NCBI GenBank assembly: GCA_902624765.1
Contig: CACNYO010000001.1
Coordinates: forward strand, 95,645 to 159,644
Source of the DNA: an uncultured SAR86 cluster bacterium
GTDB taxonomy: Bacteria > Pseudomonadota > Gammaproteobacteria > Magnimaribacterales > AG-339-G14
Direction of reading: 5' to 3'
DNA length: 64,000 bases
The translations under genes were made by a program, and so were the position numbers. Under the pieces are notes generated by a model. It made no database searches. It had not been told where the DNA came from and saw nothing but the letters and a program-made list of their open reading frames with translations. Below are positions 16,534 through 25,415 of this stretch, one piece after another (the first letter of the stretch is position 1; the number at the start of each line of letters is the position of its first letter).

Positions 16534-17763
16534 ATGTTTGACCAAAAATTATTACTGAGTGGTTTGAAAGTGATTGATGCAGGAAGTTTTATTGCAGGTC
16601 CGGTCTCAACAACAATACTTTCTGATTTTGGTGCTGAGGTGATCAAAATTGAGCCGCCCAAAATAGGAGATAGCCTCAGACACCTTATAGAGAGAACAAA
16701 AAGAGTTAACCCCAGCGCTGAGGAAGATTATTGTTGGGAGCTTACTTCTAGAAATAAAAAAAGTTTAGCTTTAGATTTAAGTTCATCAAAGGGCCAAGAA
16801 ATTCTTCACAAACTAGTTAAAGAATCAGATGTATTTGTAACCAATATGCCAAAAAGAATCAGAGAAAAATTAAAAATTAATTCATCCGATTTACTCCCTT
16901 TGAATGAGAGATTAATTTATGGATCTTTAACTGGATATGGCGAAAGAGGTCCAGACTCTCATAGAACTGCTTTTGACACAATGGCTTGGTGGGCAAGAAG
17001 TGGTTTAATGGATATCGTAAGACCTTCTGAGAATTCTCCTCCAGCAAATCCTCCTATTGGAATGGGCGATCAACCCACAGGAGTGGCTTTGTTTGCAAGC
17101 ATAATGACTGCTCTGTACAGAAGAGAAAAAACTGGAAAGGGGGGAGAAGTTCATACTTCATTAATGGCCAACGGTGCATGGTCTAATGGATCATTTATTC
17201 AGGCTGGATTATTTGGAGCCCAGTTTCCAGATAGAAGTGAACCATCTCCGCTTCATCCATTTGGTGGCAGATACAAAACAAAAGATAACAGATATCTGAT
17301 ACTTGCCATCATCGATGCTAACAAAGAATGGCCGAAATTATTAAAATCTCTTGATATTGAGTACTTAAATGATGATCCTAGATTTTCATCTTTTAAAAAA
17401 ATGAATGAAAACTATATCTCCTTATACGAGGAACTCGAAAAGATATTTATTCAATATTCATTAGAAGAAATTAACGAAAAATTAAGATTCTCAGAAGTCA
17501 CTTATGGCATTCTAAGTCACTCAAAGGATCATTCAAAGGATCAACAATTTATAGAAAGTGAAGTGCTGGTAAAATTCGATCAAGGTAGTTTTGATGAGGA
17601 TTTCATGACAATAAATAGCCCTATTTTTTTAGAAAAAGAATCTAAAAAAATCCCTACGAAAGCTCCAAAGCTGGGAGAGCACACTAAGGAAATATTATTG
17701 GCTTTAGGTCGAGATGAAGAAGAGATAGCTCAACTTAAACAAGATGGTATTATTGATTTTTAA
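16534..17763 (+). CDS. family III CoA-transferase (CaiB/BaiF family)
   Basis: Typical N-terminus LSGLKVIDAGSFIAGPVSTTILSDFGAEVIKIEPP and typical length (~400 aa). Confidence 0.88.
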   Translation: MFDQKLLLSGLKVIDAGSFIAGPVSTTILSDFGAEVIKIEPPKIGDSLRHLIERTKRVNPSAEEDYCWELTSRNKKSLALDLSSSKGQEILHKLVKESDVFVTNMPKRIREKLKINSSDLLPLNERLIYGSLTGYGERGPDSHRTAFDTMAWWARSGLMDIVRPSENSPPANPPIGMGDQPTGVALFASIMTALYRREKTGKGGEVHTSLMANGAWSNGSFIQAGLFGAQFPDRSEPSPLHPFGGRYKTKDNRYLILAIIDANKEWPKLLKSLDIEYLNDDPRFSSFKKMNENYISLYEELEKIFIQYSLEEINEKLRFSEVTYGILSHSKDHSKDQQFIESEVLVKFDQGSFDEDFMTINSPIFLEKESKKIPTKAPKLGEHTKEILLALGRDEEEIAQLKQDGIIDF

Positions 17764-17783
17764 TTCATTGAACTTTCAAAAAA

Positions 17784-18308
17784 ATGCGTATTATTCTTTT
17801 ACTTCTTCTCTTTTTTAGTATTTCTATTTACTCTTTGGATATTAAAATTTCAAAAAATAACTGGGAATTTACTCCTGATGGGGTCATGGGAGGAAAATCC
17901 AAAGGCTCGATACAATTTCTAAATGAGGAAGGTTTTGATTACATCTCTTTTAGAGGAAATGTAAACACTGATGGTGGCGGATTTCTTATGTTCAGGTCAA
18001 GAGTTGATAAAAAGGATTTAAAGGAATTTTCAAAGATAAGTTTCTTTGCTAGAGGAAATAATGAAAAATATTATTTTCATATCAAGTCTAGGGGTCAAGT
18101 TTTACCATGGGTCAGACATCTAAAAGAATTCAAAGTAGGGAAAGATTGGAAGGAGTACGTCCTAAATATTGATGATTTTGTTGGATATAGCAACAGTAGG
18201 ACATTCAATAAACCAATCAATCCGAAAAAAATTAAGCTTTTAGGGATCGAAGCTTATGGAAGAGATCACGAGGTAGAGCTAGATATAGCAAAAATAAAAA
18301 TTTTTTAA
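17784..18308 (+). CDS. secreted CIA30 (complex I intermediate-associated protein 30)-domain protein
   Basis: Signal peptide MRIILLLLLFFSISIYS. The motif W.F..DGVMGGKSKG is characteristic of CIA30-domain proteins. Confidence 0.65.
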   Translation: MRIILLLLLFFSISIYSLDIKISKNNWEFTPDGVMGGKSKGSIQFLNEEGFDYISFRGNVNTDGGGFLMFRSRVDKKDLKEFSKISFFARGNNEKYYFHIKSRGQVLPWVRHLKEFKVGKDWKEYVLNIDDFVGYSNSRTFNKPINPKKIKLLGIEAYGRDHEVELDIAKIKIF

Positions 18309-18310
18309 TT

Positions 18311-19408
18311 ATGATAACAAAAGCAGACGATTATCCAATCCATCAGATTTCAAAACCAGTGGCTGAAACAGGAACCGAAAGAAATTTTTATGATCGGTAT
18401 TTTTTTAATGGATATTCAAAAGACGAGGATATTTTCTTCGGTGCTGTTTTGTGTGTATATCCAAATCTCAATATTATGGATGGCTCATTTACTCTTGCTT
18501 ATGAAGGTAAACAATATAATTCAAGGGTATCTAGATATCTCAATCTAGAGCGTCTTGATACCAGGGTGGGTCCTCTTAGTGTCGAAGTTATAGAGCCCCT
18601 TGATAAGCTTAAGGTCACACTCTCTGACAAAGAAAATGACTTAGACGTCTCCATAGAATTCTCAAGTAGATTTGCTCCGATGAGAGAACCCCAAATGCAA
18701 CTTTTCAATGGGCCACGAATGATCATGGATACATGTAGGATGACGCAGCAAGGTTCATGGTCTGGAAAAATTGTTCATAGCAATAAGGAGATTATTCTTG
18801 ATAATGATTCTTTTATTGGAACAAGGGATAGATCTTGGGGTGTCAGGCCTGTTGGAGCTTACGACAGCCAGCCAATGGTCCCTTTTTCATTGCCTCAATT
18901 TTATTGGTTATGGGCTCCAATTCACTTTGATGATTCAGCAGCACATATTTATTTTGTCGAAGACGAGAAGGGCAATCCCAGTTCAACGATTGCTATCGCT
19001 CAAGGTCCTGAGTATGAAAAGGAATTCATAATCCAAGATATTAAAAAATCTGTTTCTTATAATTCTGGTACAAGGAGAGTAAAGAAGATGGAAATATCTG
19101 GAAAAGATGAACAGGCTAAACCAATATCACTAACTATTGACTGTGGTATGCAGGTTTTTATGTGCGGCCTAGGTTACATGCATCCTGAGTGGGGTCATGG
19201 ACATGACAAAGGAGAATTGGCTTCTCATTTTGATGAATATAATTTAAATGATGATCCCGGAGATCCCCCATTTTTGCATGTGCAATCTGTCTCAAATGTA
19301 ACTATGAAGGTAGGGGATAAAAGTAAGACAGGTCGTGGTGTTTTAGAGCAACTCATATTAGGTCCTCATGAACCGAGTGGCTTTAAAGATCTTTTTGATA
19401 AACCCTAA
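18311..19408 (+). CDS. conserved-looking protein of unknown function (365 aa)
   Basis: Long non-repetitive ORF, tightly packed (2-nt gap upstream, 1-nt overlap downstream). It contains GTRDRSWG and a His-rich MHPEWGHGHDKGE segment. I cannot assign a family. Confidence 0.6.
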   Translation: MITKADDYPIHQISKPVAETGTERNFYDRYFFNGYSKDEDIFFGAVLCVYPNLNIMDGSFTLAYEGKQYNSRVSRYLNLERLDTRVGPLSVEVIEPLDKLKVTLSDKENDLDVSIEFSSRFAPMREPQMQLFNGPRMIMDTCRMTQQGSWSGKIVHSNKEIILDNDSFIGTRDRSWGVRPVGAYDSQPMVPFSLPQFYWLWAPIHFDDSAAHIYFVEDEKGNPSSTIAIAQGPEYEKEFIIQDIKKSVSYNSGTRRVKKMEISGKDEQAKPISLTIDCGMQVFMCGLGYMHPEWGHGHDKGELASHFDEYNLNDDPGDPPFLHVQSVSNVTMKVGDKSKTGRGVLEQLILGPHEPSGFKDLFDKP

Positions 19409-20460
19409 TGCCAGTTTCAACTGAGAAAGATTTTCAATCTAAGATTGAAAAACTTGAAAATTGGCTTGCCTCTAAAGAAGGCCCTCTCAAATTAACTCCT
19501 CATCAATCCTCCATGGCTTCCGGCTTTTCCAATGAAACTTTTATTTTTGATATAGAGAAGGAGGATTTTAAGGAAACCTTAGTTTTAAGACTCGAACCTA
19601 CGGAGTATCAAGTTTTTCCAAAATACGACTTGCCCATGCAAGCATCAATAATGAAGGTTTTAAGAGGAAAGAAAATGCTAACTCCTGAGGTGGTTTACGA
19701 AAATTATGATGAAAATATTTTAGGATCTGGTTTTTATATTATGAAAAGCATTAAAGGCTCTGCTCCTACTGACAATCCTCCGTATCATATGGATTTGGAA
19801 GGAATGATGGGAAGGGCTACTCCTAATGAAAGGCATAAGGTGTGGGTGGAATGGCTTGATCATTTATCGTATTTTCATAATTTAGAATTTTCCAGCGATG
19901 AATTAAGGGATTGCAAAATTAATAAAGATAAAGATCCTTTAGGAATGCATTTAGATTTCTATCAAAGTTTTTTGAATTGGGGCATGGAAGGAGAACATCA
20001 TGAAATTTGTTTTAATGCTCTTGATTGGCTTGTTAAAAATAAACCGCCCCTTCAAAAACAAACTTTGTGTTGGGGTGATGCTAGACCTGGAAACGTACTT
20101 TATGAAAATTTTTCAGCAAAAGCCTTGCTAGACTGGGAAATGGCTAATTTTGGTGATCCCTTAATGGATTTAGCTTGGGGATTTGCAATAGATGATGCAA
20201 ATAGTCTGGCGTTGAATGTACCAAAATTAGAAGGAACTATGAATGAAGAAGAGGGCAGGAAAATTTGGGAAAATAAAACAGGATTATCATCCGAATTTTT
20301 TGCGTACTATCGGATATTAGCTTTATTTAAGTTTTCAGTAATTATGGTAAGAGTTGCAAAACGACTAATATTTAATGAGATAATGCCATTAGATTCTGAT
20401 TTTCATGTAAACAACCACGTTGTTGCTTTTTTAGATAAGGAACTAAATGAAAACAATTAA
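19408..20460 (+). CDS. APH/choline-kinase-like phosphotransferase family protein
   Basis: Brenner-type catalytic loop LCWGDARPGNVLY and metal-binding DWEMANFGDPLMDLAW. Confidence 0.8.
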   Translation: MPVSTEKDFQSKIEKLENWLASKEGPLKLTPHQSSMASGFSNETFIFDIEKEDFKETLVLRLEPTEYQVFPKYDLPMQASIMKVLRGKKMLTPEVVYENYDENILGSGFYIMKSIKGSAPTDNPPYHMDLEGMMGRATPNERHKVWVEWLDHLSYFHNLEFSSDELRDCKINKDKDPLGMHLDFYQSFLNWGMEGEHHEICFNALDWLVKNKPPLQKQTLCWGDARPGNVLYENFSAKALLDWEMANFGDPLMDLAWGFAIDDANSLALNVPKLEGTMNEEEGRKIWENKTGLSSEFFAYYRILALFKFSVIMVRVAKRLIFNEIMPLDSDFHVNNHVVAFLDKELNENN

Positions 20461-20833
20461 AGAAAAAGAGATTTTTCCAGTCAATGCACAAGCAATATGG
20501 GATATTATTTCTGATCCAACAAATTCTAGTTGGGTACCTACTGTTGAAGAGATTTCTTTAGAAGGAGACGTCAGATCCTTTTCCATGGAAGGCATGGGAG
20601 AGCTAAAAGAAAAAATTTTAAAAATTGATCACGATAATAAAATTTTTCAGTATTCTGCTATTCAAACTCCTGCTCCAATAAAGCATCATTTAGCAACCAT
20701 AAAGATATCTTCTTTAGAAAATGATAATTGTGAATTCTCTTGGACAACAGAAATTGAGCCCGAGATCTTCGCAGAAGGAATTCATCAAGGGATGCTTACT
20801 TCCCTTAAAGAGCTAAAAAAATTATTTCCTTGA
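20447..20833 (+). CDS. SRPBCC (polyketide cyclase/START-like) small ligand-binding protein
   Basis: 128 aa with an N-terminal pattern (..W..ISDP.N...W.P.V) typical of SRPBCC proteins. It overlaps both neighbours (14 nt and 4 nt). Confidence 0.5.
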   Translation: MKTIKEKEIFPVNAQAIWDIISDPTNSSWVPTVEEISLEGDVRSFSMEGMGELKEKILKIDHDNKIFQYSAIQTPAPIKHHLATIKISSLENDNCEFSWTTEIEPEIFAEGIHQGMLTSLKELKKLFP

Positions 20834-21297
20834 TGGCAGGCTTTTCGGATGCATTTTTTATGCAAAAAGCCCTTGATCAAGCTAATTTTGCTTATGAAAA
20901 AGATGAAGTGCCAGTTGGGGCCATATTAGTTAAGAATAATGAAGTTTTATCTGCAGCACATAATTTATCAATTACAAAAAACGATCCTTCTGCTCATGCA
21001 GAAATTTTATGTTTGAAAGAAGCAGGAAAGGTTCTAAATAATTACCGACTTATTGGAACAACACTGTATGTAACTCTTGAGCCTTGCATGATGTGTGCCG
21101 GTGCAATCATCCATGCAAGAATTAGTAGGTTGGTATACGCTACCTCAGATGAAAAAACAGGATTCATAAATTCAAGGAATAATTTAGCCTCAAATGAATG
21201 GTTGAACCATAAACTAGATATCAGTTCCGGGATACTTGATAGAGAGTGCTCAGAGCTAATTAAAAGCTTTTTTAAAGATAAAAGATCTAAATGTTAA
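20830..21297 (+). CDS. tadA: tRNA adenosine(34) deaminase
   Basis: CDA zinc motifs HAEILCL and PCMMCAGAI. 155 aa. Confidence 0.92.
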   Translation: MMAGFSDAFFMQKALDQANFAYEKDEVPVGAILVKNNEVLSAAHNLSITKNDPSAHAEILCLKEAGKVLNNYRLIGTTLYVTLEPCMMCAGAIIHARISRLVYATSDEKTGFINSRNNLASNEWLNHKLDISSGILDRECSELIKSFFKDKRSKC

Positions 21298-22099
21298 ACT
21301 TAGTCCAAACTGGTGCATGATCAGAAGGTTTTTCCATTCCCCTGATTTCATAATCAATACTAGAAGAATCAATTAAATCTTTTAAGCTTTTAGTTACCCA
21401 TAAGTGATCAATTCTTAGTCCTCTCTTTGGATTATCATCAAAACCTCTGCTTCTGTAATCAAACCAACTAAAAGTGTTATTTTCCTCAGGATACAGGCAT
21501 CTGTAGGAGTCATATAAGCCAAAATCTTTCAAATTTTCTAGCCATTCTCTTTCTTCAGGAAGGAAGCTGCACTTTCCAGTCTGCAGCCATCTTTTTCTAT
21601 TATTTTCCCCAATTCCAATATCAATATCTTCAGGTGAAATATTTAGATCTCCCATTACAATTAAATGACTTTCAGGATCAAAATCTTGTTTAAGATAATT
21701 TATGAGATCTTTATAAAATTTTTCTTTGTAGGGGAATTTAATTGGATGATCCCTGCTTTCTCCTTGAGGAAAATATCCATTAAATACAAACAGGGAACCT
21801 TTTTTTGTTTTATATTCCAGCCACACAAGCCTGCATTGAGCATCCTCAGGATCTGTTGGCATTCCGATGCCATGATTTACAGGTTTATTTTTGGACATCA
21901 AGCAAACTCCGTAATGTCCTTTTTGACCATTAATGATCACTTCGTAGCCTAAATTTTCAATAGCCTCGAGCGGAAAATTTTCATTATCAACTTTCGTTTC
22001 TTGGAGGCCAATAATATCTGGCGAGTGTTTGTCTATTAATTTTTCCAGTTGATGAATTCTGGCTCTAATTCCATTGACATTAAAAGATACTATTTTCAA
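21287..22099 (-). CDS. xthA: exodeoxyribonuclease III
   Basis: MKIVSFNVNGIRAR... through ...SDHAPVW. 270 aa, collinear with E. coli XthA. Confidence 0.93.
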   Translation of the reverse strand: MKIVSFNVNGIRARIHQLEKLIDKHSPDIIGLQETKVDNENFPLEAIENLGYEVIINGQKGHYGVCLMSKNKPVNHGIGMPTDPEDAQCRLVWLEYKTKKGSLFVFNGYFPQGESRDHPIKFPYKEKFYKDLINYLKQDFDPESHLIVMGDLNISPEDIDIGIGENNRKRWLQTGKCSFLPEEREWLENLKDFGLYDSYRCLYPEENNTFSWFDYRSRGFDDNPKRGLRIDHLWVTKSLKDLIDSSSIDYEIRGMEKPSDHAPVWTKFNI

Positions 22100-22100
22100 T

Positions 22101-24149
22101 TTAGTTAGAATTTACTGTTAACAAGTTAGTGCTTTGATCAGCATTAAACTCTATTTGATCTATTAAAATTTTTGCTGCTTCCTTAAGAACTAGATCATTA
22201 AACTTCTTATTTCTCTCTTCATCATCTGCATCTAGATATTCATCAAAATTTTTAAATGGCTGTAAGTCCAAATTTATTCTCAACTCATTTTCTAGAGATA
22301 ATAAACTCCTTTCGTATTCATTTTGCTCATTAATTCTCTTAGCAAGATCTAAATCTATATATTCCCTAGAATCTCTATCTTCAGAGATACTTTTTTTCTT
22401 AGCAATATAAGAGGTCAAAAAATTAGCATTGTTTCTATCTTTTGAGTTTGTATCAGTTCTTTTTATATTTTTAACTTGCCTAAAGTCTGTCACTCTTAAT
22501 GGTTTTATGAAATCCTCATCTAAAGAATTATCGTAGGAACTTTCCCCAACTTCTTGGCTATTAAAAACAAAAGGCAATTCAATATCAGGGGTAACACCTT
22601 TGTTTTGTGTGCTTTCCCCAGTTACTCTATAGAATTTCTGTTCAGTATATTTAAGCTGTCCATAAGGCAATTCTCTTAATCTTTGAACAGTACCTTTGCC
22701 AAACGTTTGACTTCCAACAACCAAACCTCTCCCGTAATCTTGAATTGCTCCCGCAAGAATCTCTGATGCTGAAGCAGACATTTTATCAACTAATATTAAC
22801 ACCGGCCCTGAGTAGTTTTGAATACCAATGGAGTGGCCTAGAGGGTAAATGGAGCCATTTGAAGTCATCACTTGAAGTACATTTCCTCTTCCTAGAAATA
22901 TTTTTGCGAGGCTATAGGCCTCATATAGAGATCCTCCTCCATTACCTCTTAGGTCTAGAATCACACCGTCAGAATTTTCATTATCAATTTCCTTAATGAG
23001 TTTTTTAACATCTCTTGTTGCGCTTCGATAATTAAACCTATTTTTCTGATATCCCTCAAAATCCATATAAAAAGCAGGCAAGTCGATAACTCCAAACTTA
23101 TAGGATTTTTCTATATTATTTATTTCGATGATTTGTTTTTTAGCGGCTTGATCTTCTAATTTCACGATATCTCTTTTGATTTCAATAACTTTCCCATCCG
23201 CTTCAGCAGGAGAAGAAGACGGAAGAATTTCTAATTTTACTATTGTTCCTTTAGGTCCCCTTATAAGCTTAACTACTTCATCTACTCTCCAATCTCTCAC
23301 ATCAACTATTTGGCTATCTTCTCTTGTGCCAACTCCCACTATTTGATCATTATTTTTAATCAATCCAGACTTGATTGCCGGACCTCCTTTGATAAGTTTT
23401 GTGATTTTAGTAATTCCATCATCTGAAGTAAGCATGGCACCAATGCCTTCTAGAGATAAACTCATGTTGATCTCAAAATCTTCTGTCACCCTAGGAGACA
23501 TATAATTTGAATGAGGATCATACAAGGAAGTTTTTGAATTCATTAACCAAGAAAATAAATCATCTTCAGTGAGTTGCTCTAGATTTTTTAATCTTCTATT
23601 TAGTCTTTTTTTAAGTTTATTAACTGATTTTTCAAATTCTTCTTCCTTAATCATTATTGTGATTAATTCACTTTTGGCTAAAGATTCATAATAATTTTTT
23701 ATCATCGATATAGCATGAAATCTTTCTTGATCCTCTCTATTTCTGTGAATTTTTTCCGAGCTAAATAAATCAATCTCATTGAGTTCATTTATATGTTGAC
23801 TTTGATGGACAAGAAGAGTTTTATAGCGTTTTTTGTAATCACTAAGAATATCAAAGCCAATCTCTAATAATTCTTCATCACCGAGATCAAAATTGGTTTT
23901 AGACAAAGAAATGTAGTTATCTACTTCCTCATCGGTAAAAATCAAATTTTGTTGATCTATATTTGAAATTAGTTCCTCTATGACGTCAGAGTTTTCAAAA
24001 GTGGTATTTTTAAAAAAATGGTGATCGCCAAGAATCTTGTCAATTTCATTCAAAGTATTTATATAAAGAGAAGATTTTTCCTGCGCAGATACCTGTAGTA
24101 TCGCAGTGAGAAAAAAAGCAGTAAAAACTAATAAACGATTAAAAATCAT
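22101..24149 (-). CDS. prc: tail-specific (C-terminal processing) protease, S41 family
   Basis: Signal peptide, a PDZ segment (GIGAMLTSDDGITKITKLIKGGPA), and S41 catalytic-region motifs (LDLRGNGGGSL, SASASEILAGA). 682 aa, the same length as E. coli Prc. Confidence 0.9.
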   Translation of the reverse strand: MIFNRLLVFTAFFLTAILQVSAQEKSSLYINTLNEIDKILGDHHFFKNTTFENSDVIEELISNIDQQNLIFTDEEVDNYISLSKTNFDLGDEELLEIGFDILSDYKKRYKTLLVHQSQHINELNEIDLFSSEKIHRNREDQERFHAISMIKNYYESLAKSELITIMIKEEEFEKSVNKLKKRLNRRLKNLEQLTEDDLFSWLMNSKTSLYDPHSNYMSPRVTEDFEINMSLSLEGIGAMLTSDDGITKITKLIKGGPAIKSGLIKNNDQIVGVGTREDSQIVDVRDWRVDEVVKLIRGPKGTIVKLEILPSSSPAEADGKVIEIKRDIVKLEDQAAKKQIIEINNIEKSYKFGVIDLPAFYMDFEGYQKNRFNYRSATRDVKKLIKEIDNENSDGVILDLRGNGGGSLYEAYSLAKIFLGRGNVLQVMTSNGSIYPLGHSIGIQNYSGPVLILVDKMSASASEILAGAIQDYGRGLVVGSQTFGKGTVQRLRELPYGQLKYTEQKFYRVTGESTQNKGVTPDIELPFVFNSQEVGESSYDNSLDEDFIKPLRVTDFRQVKNIKRTDTNSKDRNNANFLTSYIAKKKSISEDRDSREYIDLDLAKRINEQNEYERSLLSLENELRINLDLQPFKNFDEYLDADDEERNKKFNDLVLKEAAKILIDQIEFNADQSTNLLTVNSN

Positions 24150-24151
24150 AT

Positions 24152-25105
24152 CTAAAATTTATTTTCGTTTATTAGTTTATCTTTTTTATGCCATATTTCA
24201 TTGAGCCAATCTTTAAATTCTTTTCTTAGTCCATCATTTTCATGAAGCTGATCATTTTTGAATTTATCAGGAATATCCAATGACTGCACGAATACACGAG
24301 CATTGTTCATATTTCCCCTCAAGAAATCCCAGAAGCTCCTCTTTTTTGATTCGTAAATAATTGTGAAATCAATAATCTTATCGAGTCTTGGCATTGTTGA
24401 TATTGCTGCAGCTAATCCTCCTTCTTTGGGCTTAAGCAGATTATTGTAGGGGCTATCCTGATCTTTATGCTTTTGTTCTGTGAATCTTGTTCCTTCAGTA
24501 AAACTAAAAACAGAGATCGGATAAAGACTATACTTTTTAAAAGATCTCTTCATGGATGCAAAGTCTTTGCCTCTGAGAGAAGGATTTTTTTCTAGCTGAT
24601 CTTTCGTGTATCTTTTAAGAAATGGCATATCCAATGCCCACCAGCATATTCCAATCACAGGTACATAAATAAGGACAAATTTCATAAAAAATTTAAGCAT
24701 AGGAACTTTTCTATTTGTGATCATTTGGACAATAAATATGTCAGCCCAAGATTGATGATTAGATAACGATAGATACCAGGATCTTTTATCCATTTCCTCA
24801 AAGCCTTCAACGGTCCATCTAGGTTTTAGGATAATCTGAATCCAAAGGTTGTTAATATCTATCCATAATTCACCAACTTTAATTATGAAACGCGTTAGAA
24901 GAAGTTTTAAAGATTGAATTGGGAGAATAATCTTAATAATTCCTGCAAAGATTAAGAAAACTGAGAGAGTAGCTGTGTTGATACATAAAAGAAGAAAACA
25001 AAATACGGCTTTAATATGTGAAATTTTATTCTCCTTTTTCTGCTTTTTTAATTTTTTCCCACATAGCAGTCTGTTCCTCTTTGGTATGTTTTTTACTTTT
25101 ATCAA
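24152..25105 (-). CDS. yihG: YihG-like lysophospholipid acyltransferase (PlsC superfamily)
   Basis: HX4D motif NHQSWADI and the FTEGTR motif. Collinear with E. coli YihG as recalled (ALDMPF..RY, GKD.., F.EG.RFT..KH). The start is uncertain: the longest ORF begins at a TTG (25105) and overlaps mazG by 80 nt. Confidence 0.8.
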   Translation of the reverse strand: MIKVKNIPKRNRLLCGKKLKKQKKENKISHIKAVFCFLLLCINTATLSVFLIFAGIIKIILPIQSLKLLLTRFIIKVGELWIDINNLWIQIILKPRWTVEGFEEMDKRSWYLSLSNHQSWADIFIVQMITNRKVPMLKFFMKFVLIYVPVIGICWWALDMPFLKRYTKDQLEKNPSLRGKDFASMKRSFKKYSLYPISVFSFTEGTRFTEQKHKDQDSPYNNLLKPKEGGLAAAISTMPRLDKIIDFTIIYESKKRSFWDFLRGNMNNARVFVQSLDIPDKFKNDQLHENDGLRKEFKDWLNEIWHKKDKLINENKF

Positions 25106-25415
25106 AAACGTAAGGGTGTCTCCTGATTAACTTTTGTTTTAAATTTTCAACCACATCAAAGAAGTCAAATTCCTTATTCTCATGTGCTATCTGAGAGTGA
25201 AAAACCACCTGAAGAAGGACATCACCAAGCTCTTCCTTAATATTATCTGAGTTTTTGGAGTAAATAGCTTCTATTAATTCCTGTGATTCTTCTTCAAGGT
25301 ATGGAATAAGAGAGACATGATCTTGTTCAAGATCCCAAGCGCATCCCCTAAGAGGATCTCTAAGTTGTTTCATGACTTCCAAGAGATGACTTACATCTTC
25401 AATGTTTGCCATCAA
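25026..25415 (-). CDS. mazG: MazG-domain nucleoside triphosphate pyrophosphohydrolase (single-domain form)
   Basis: EXXE-type motifs (EEESQELIEAI, EELGDVLLQV) and RHPYVF. 4-nt overlap with the upstream ACAD gene. Confidence 0.85.
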   Translation of the reverse strand: MMANIEDVSHLLEVMKQLRDPLRGCAWDLEQDHVSLIPYLEEESQELIEAIYSKNSDNIKEELGDVLLQVVFHSQIAHENKEFDFFDVVENLKQKLIRRHPYVFDKSKKHTKEEQTAMWEKIKKAEKGE

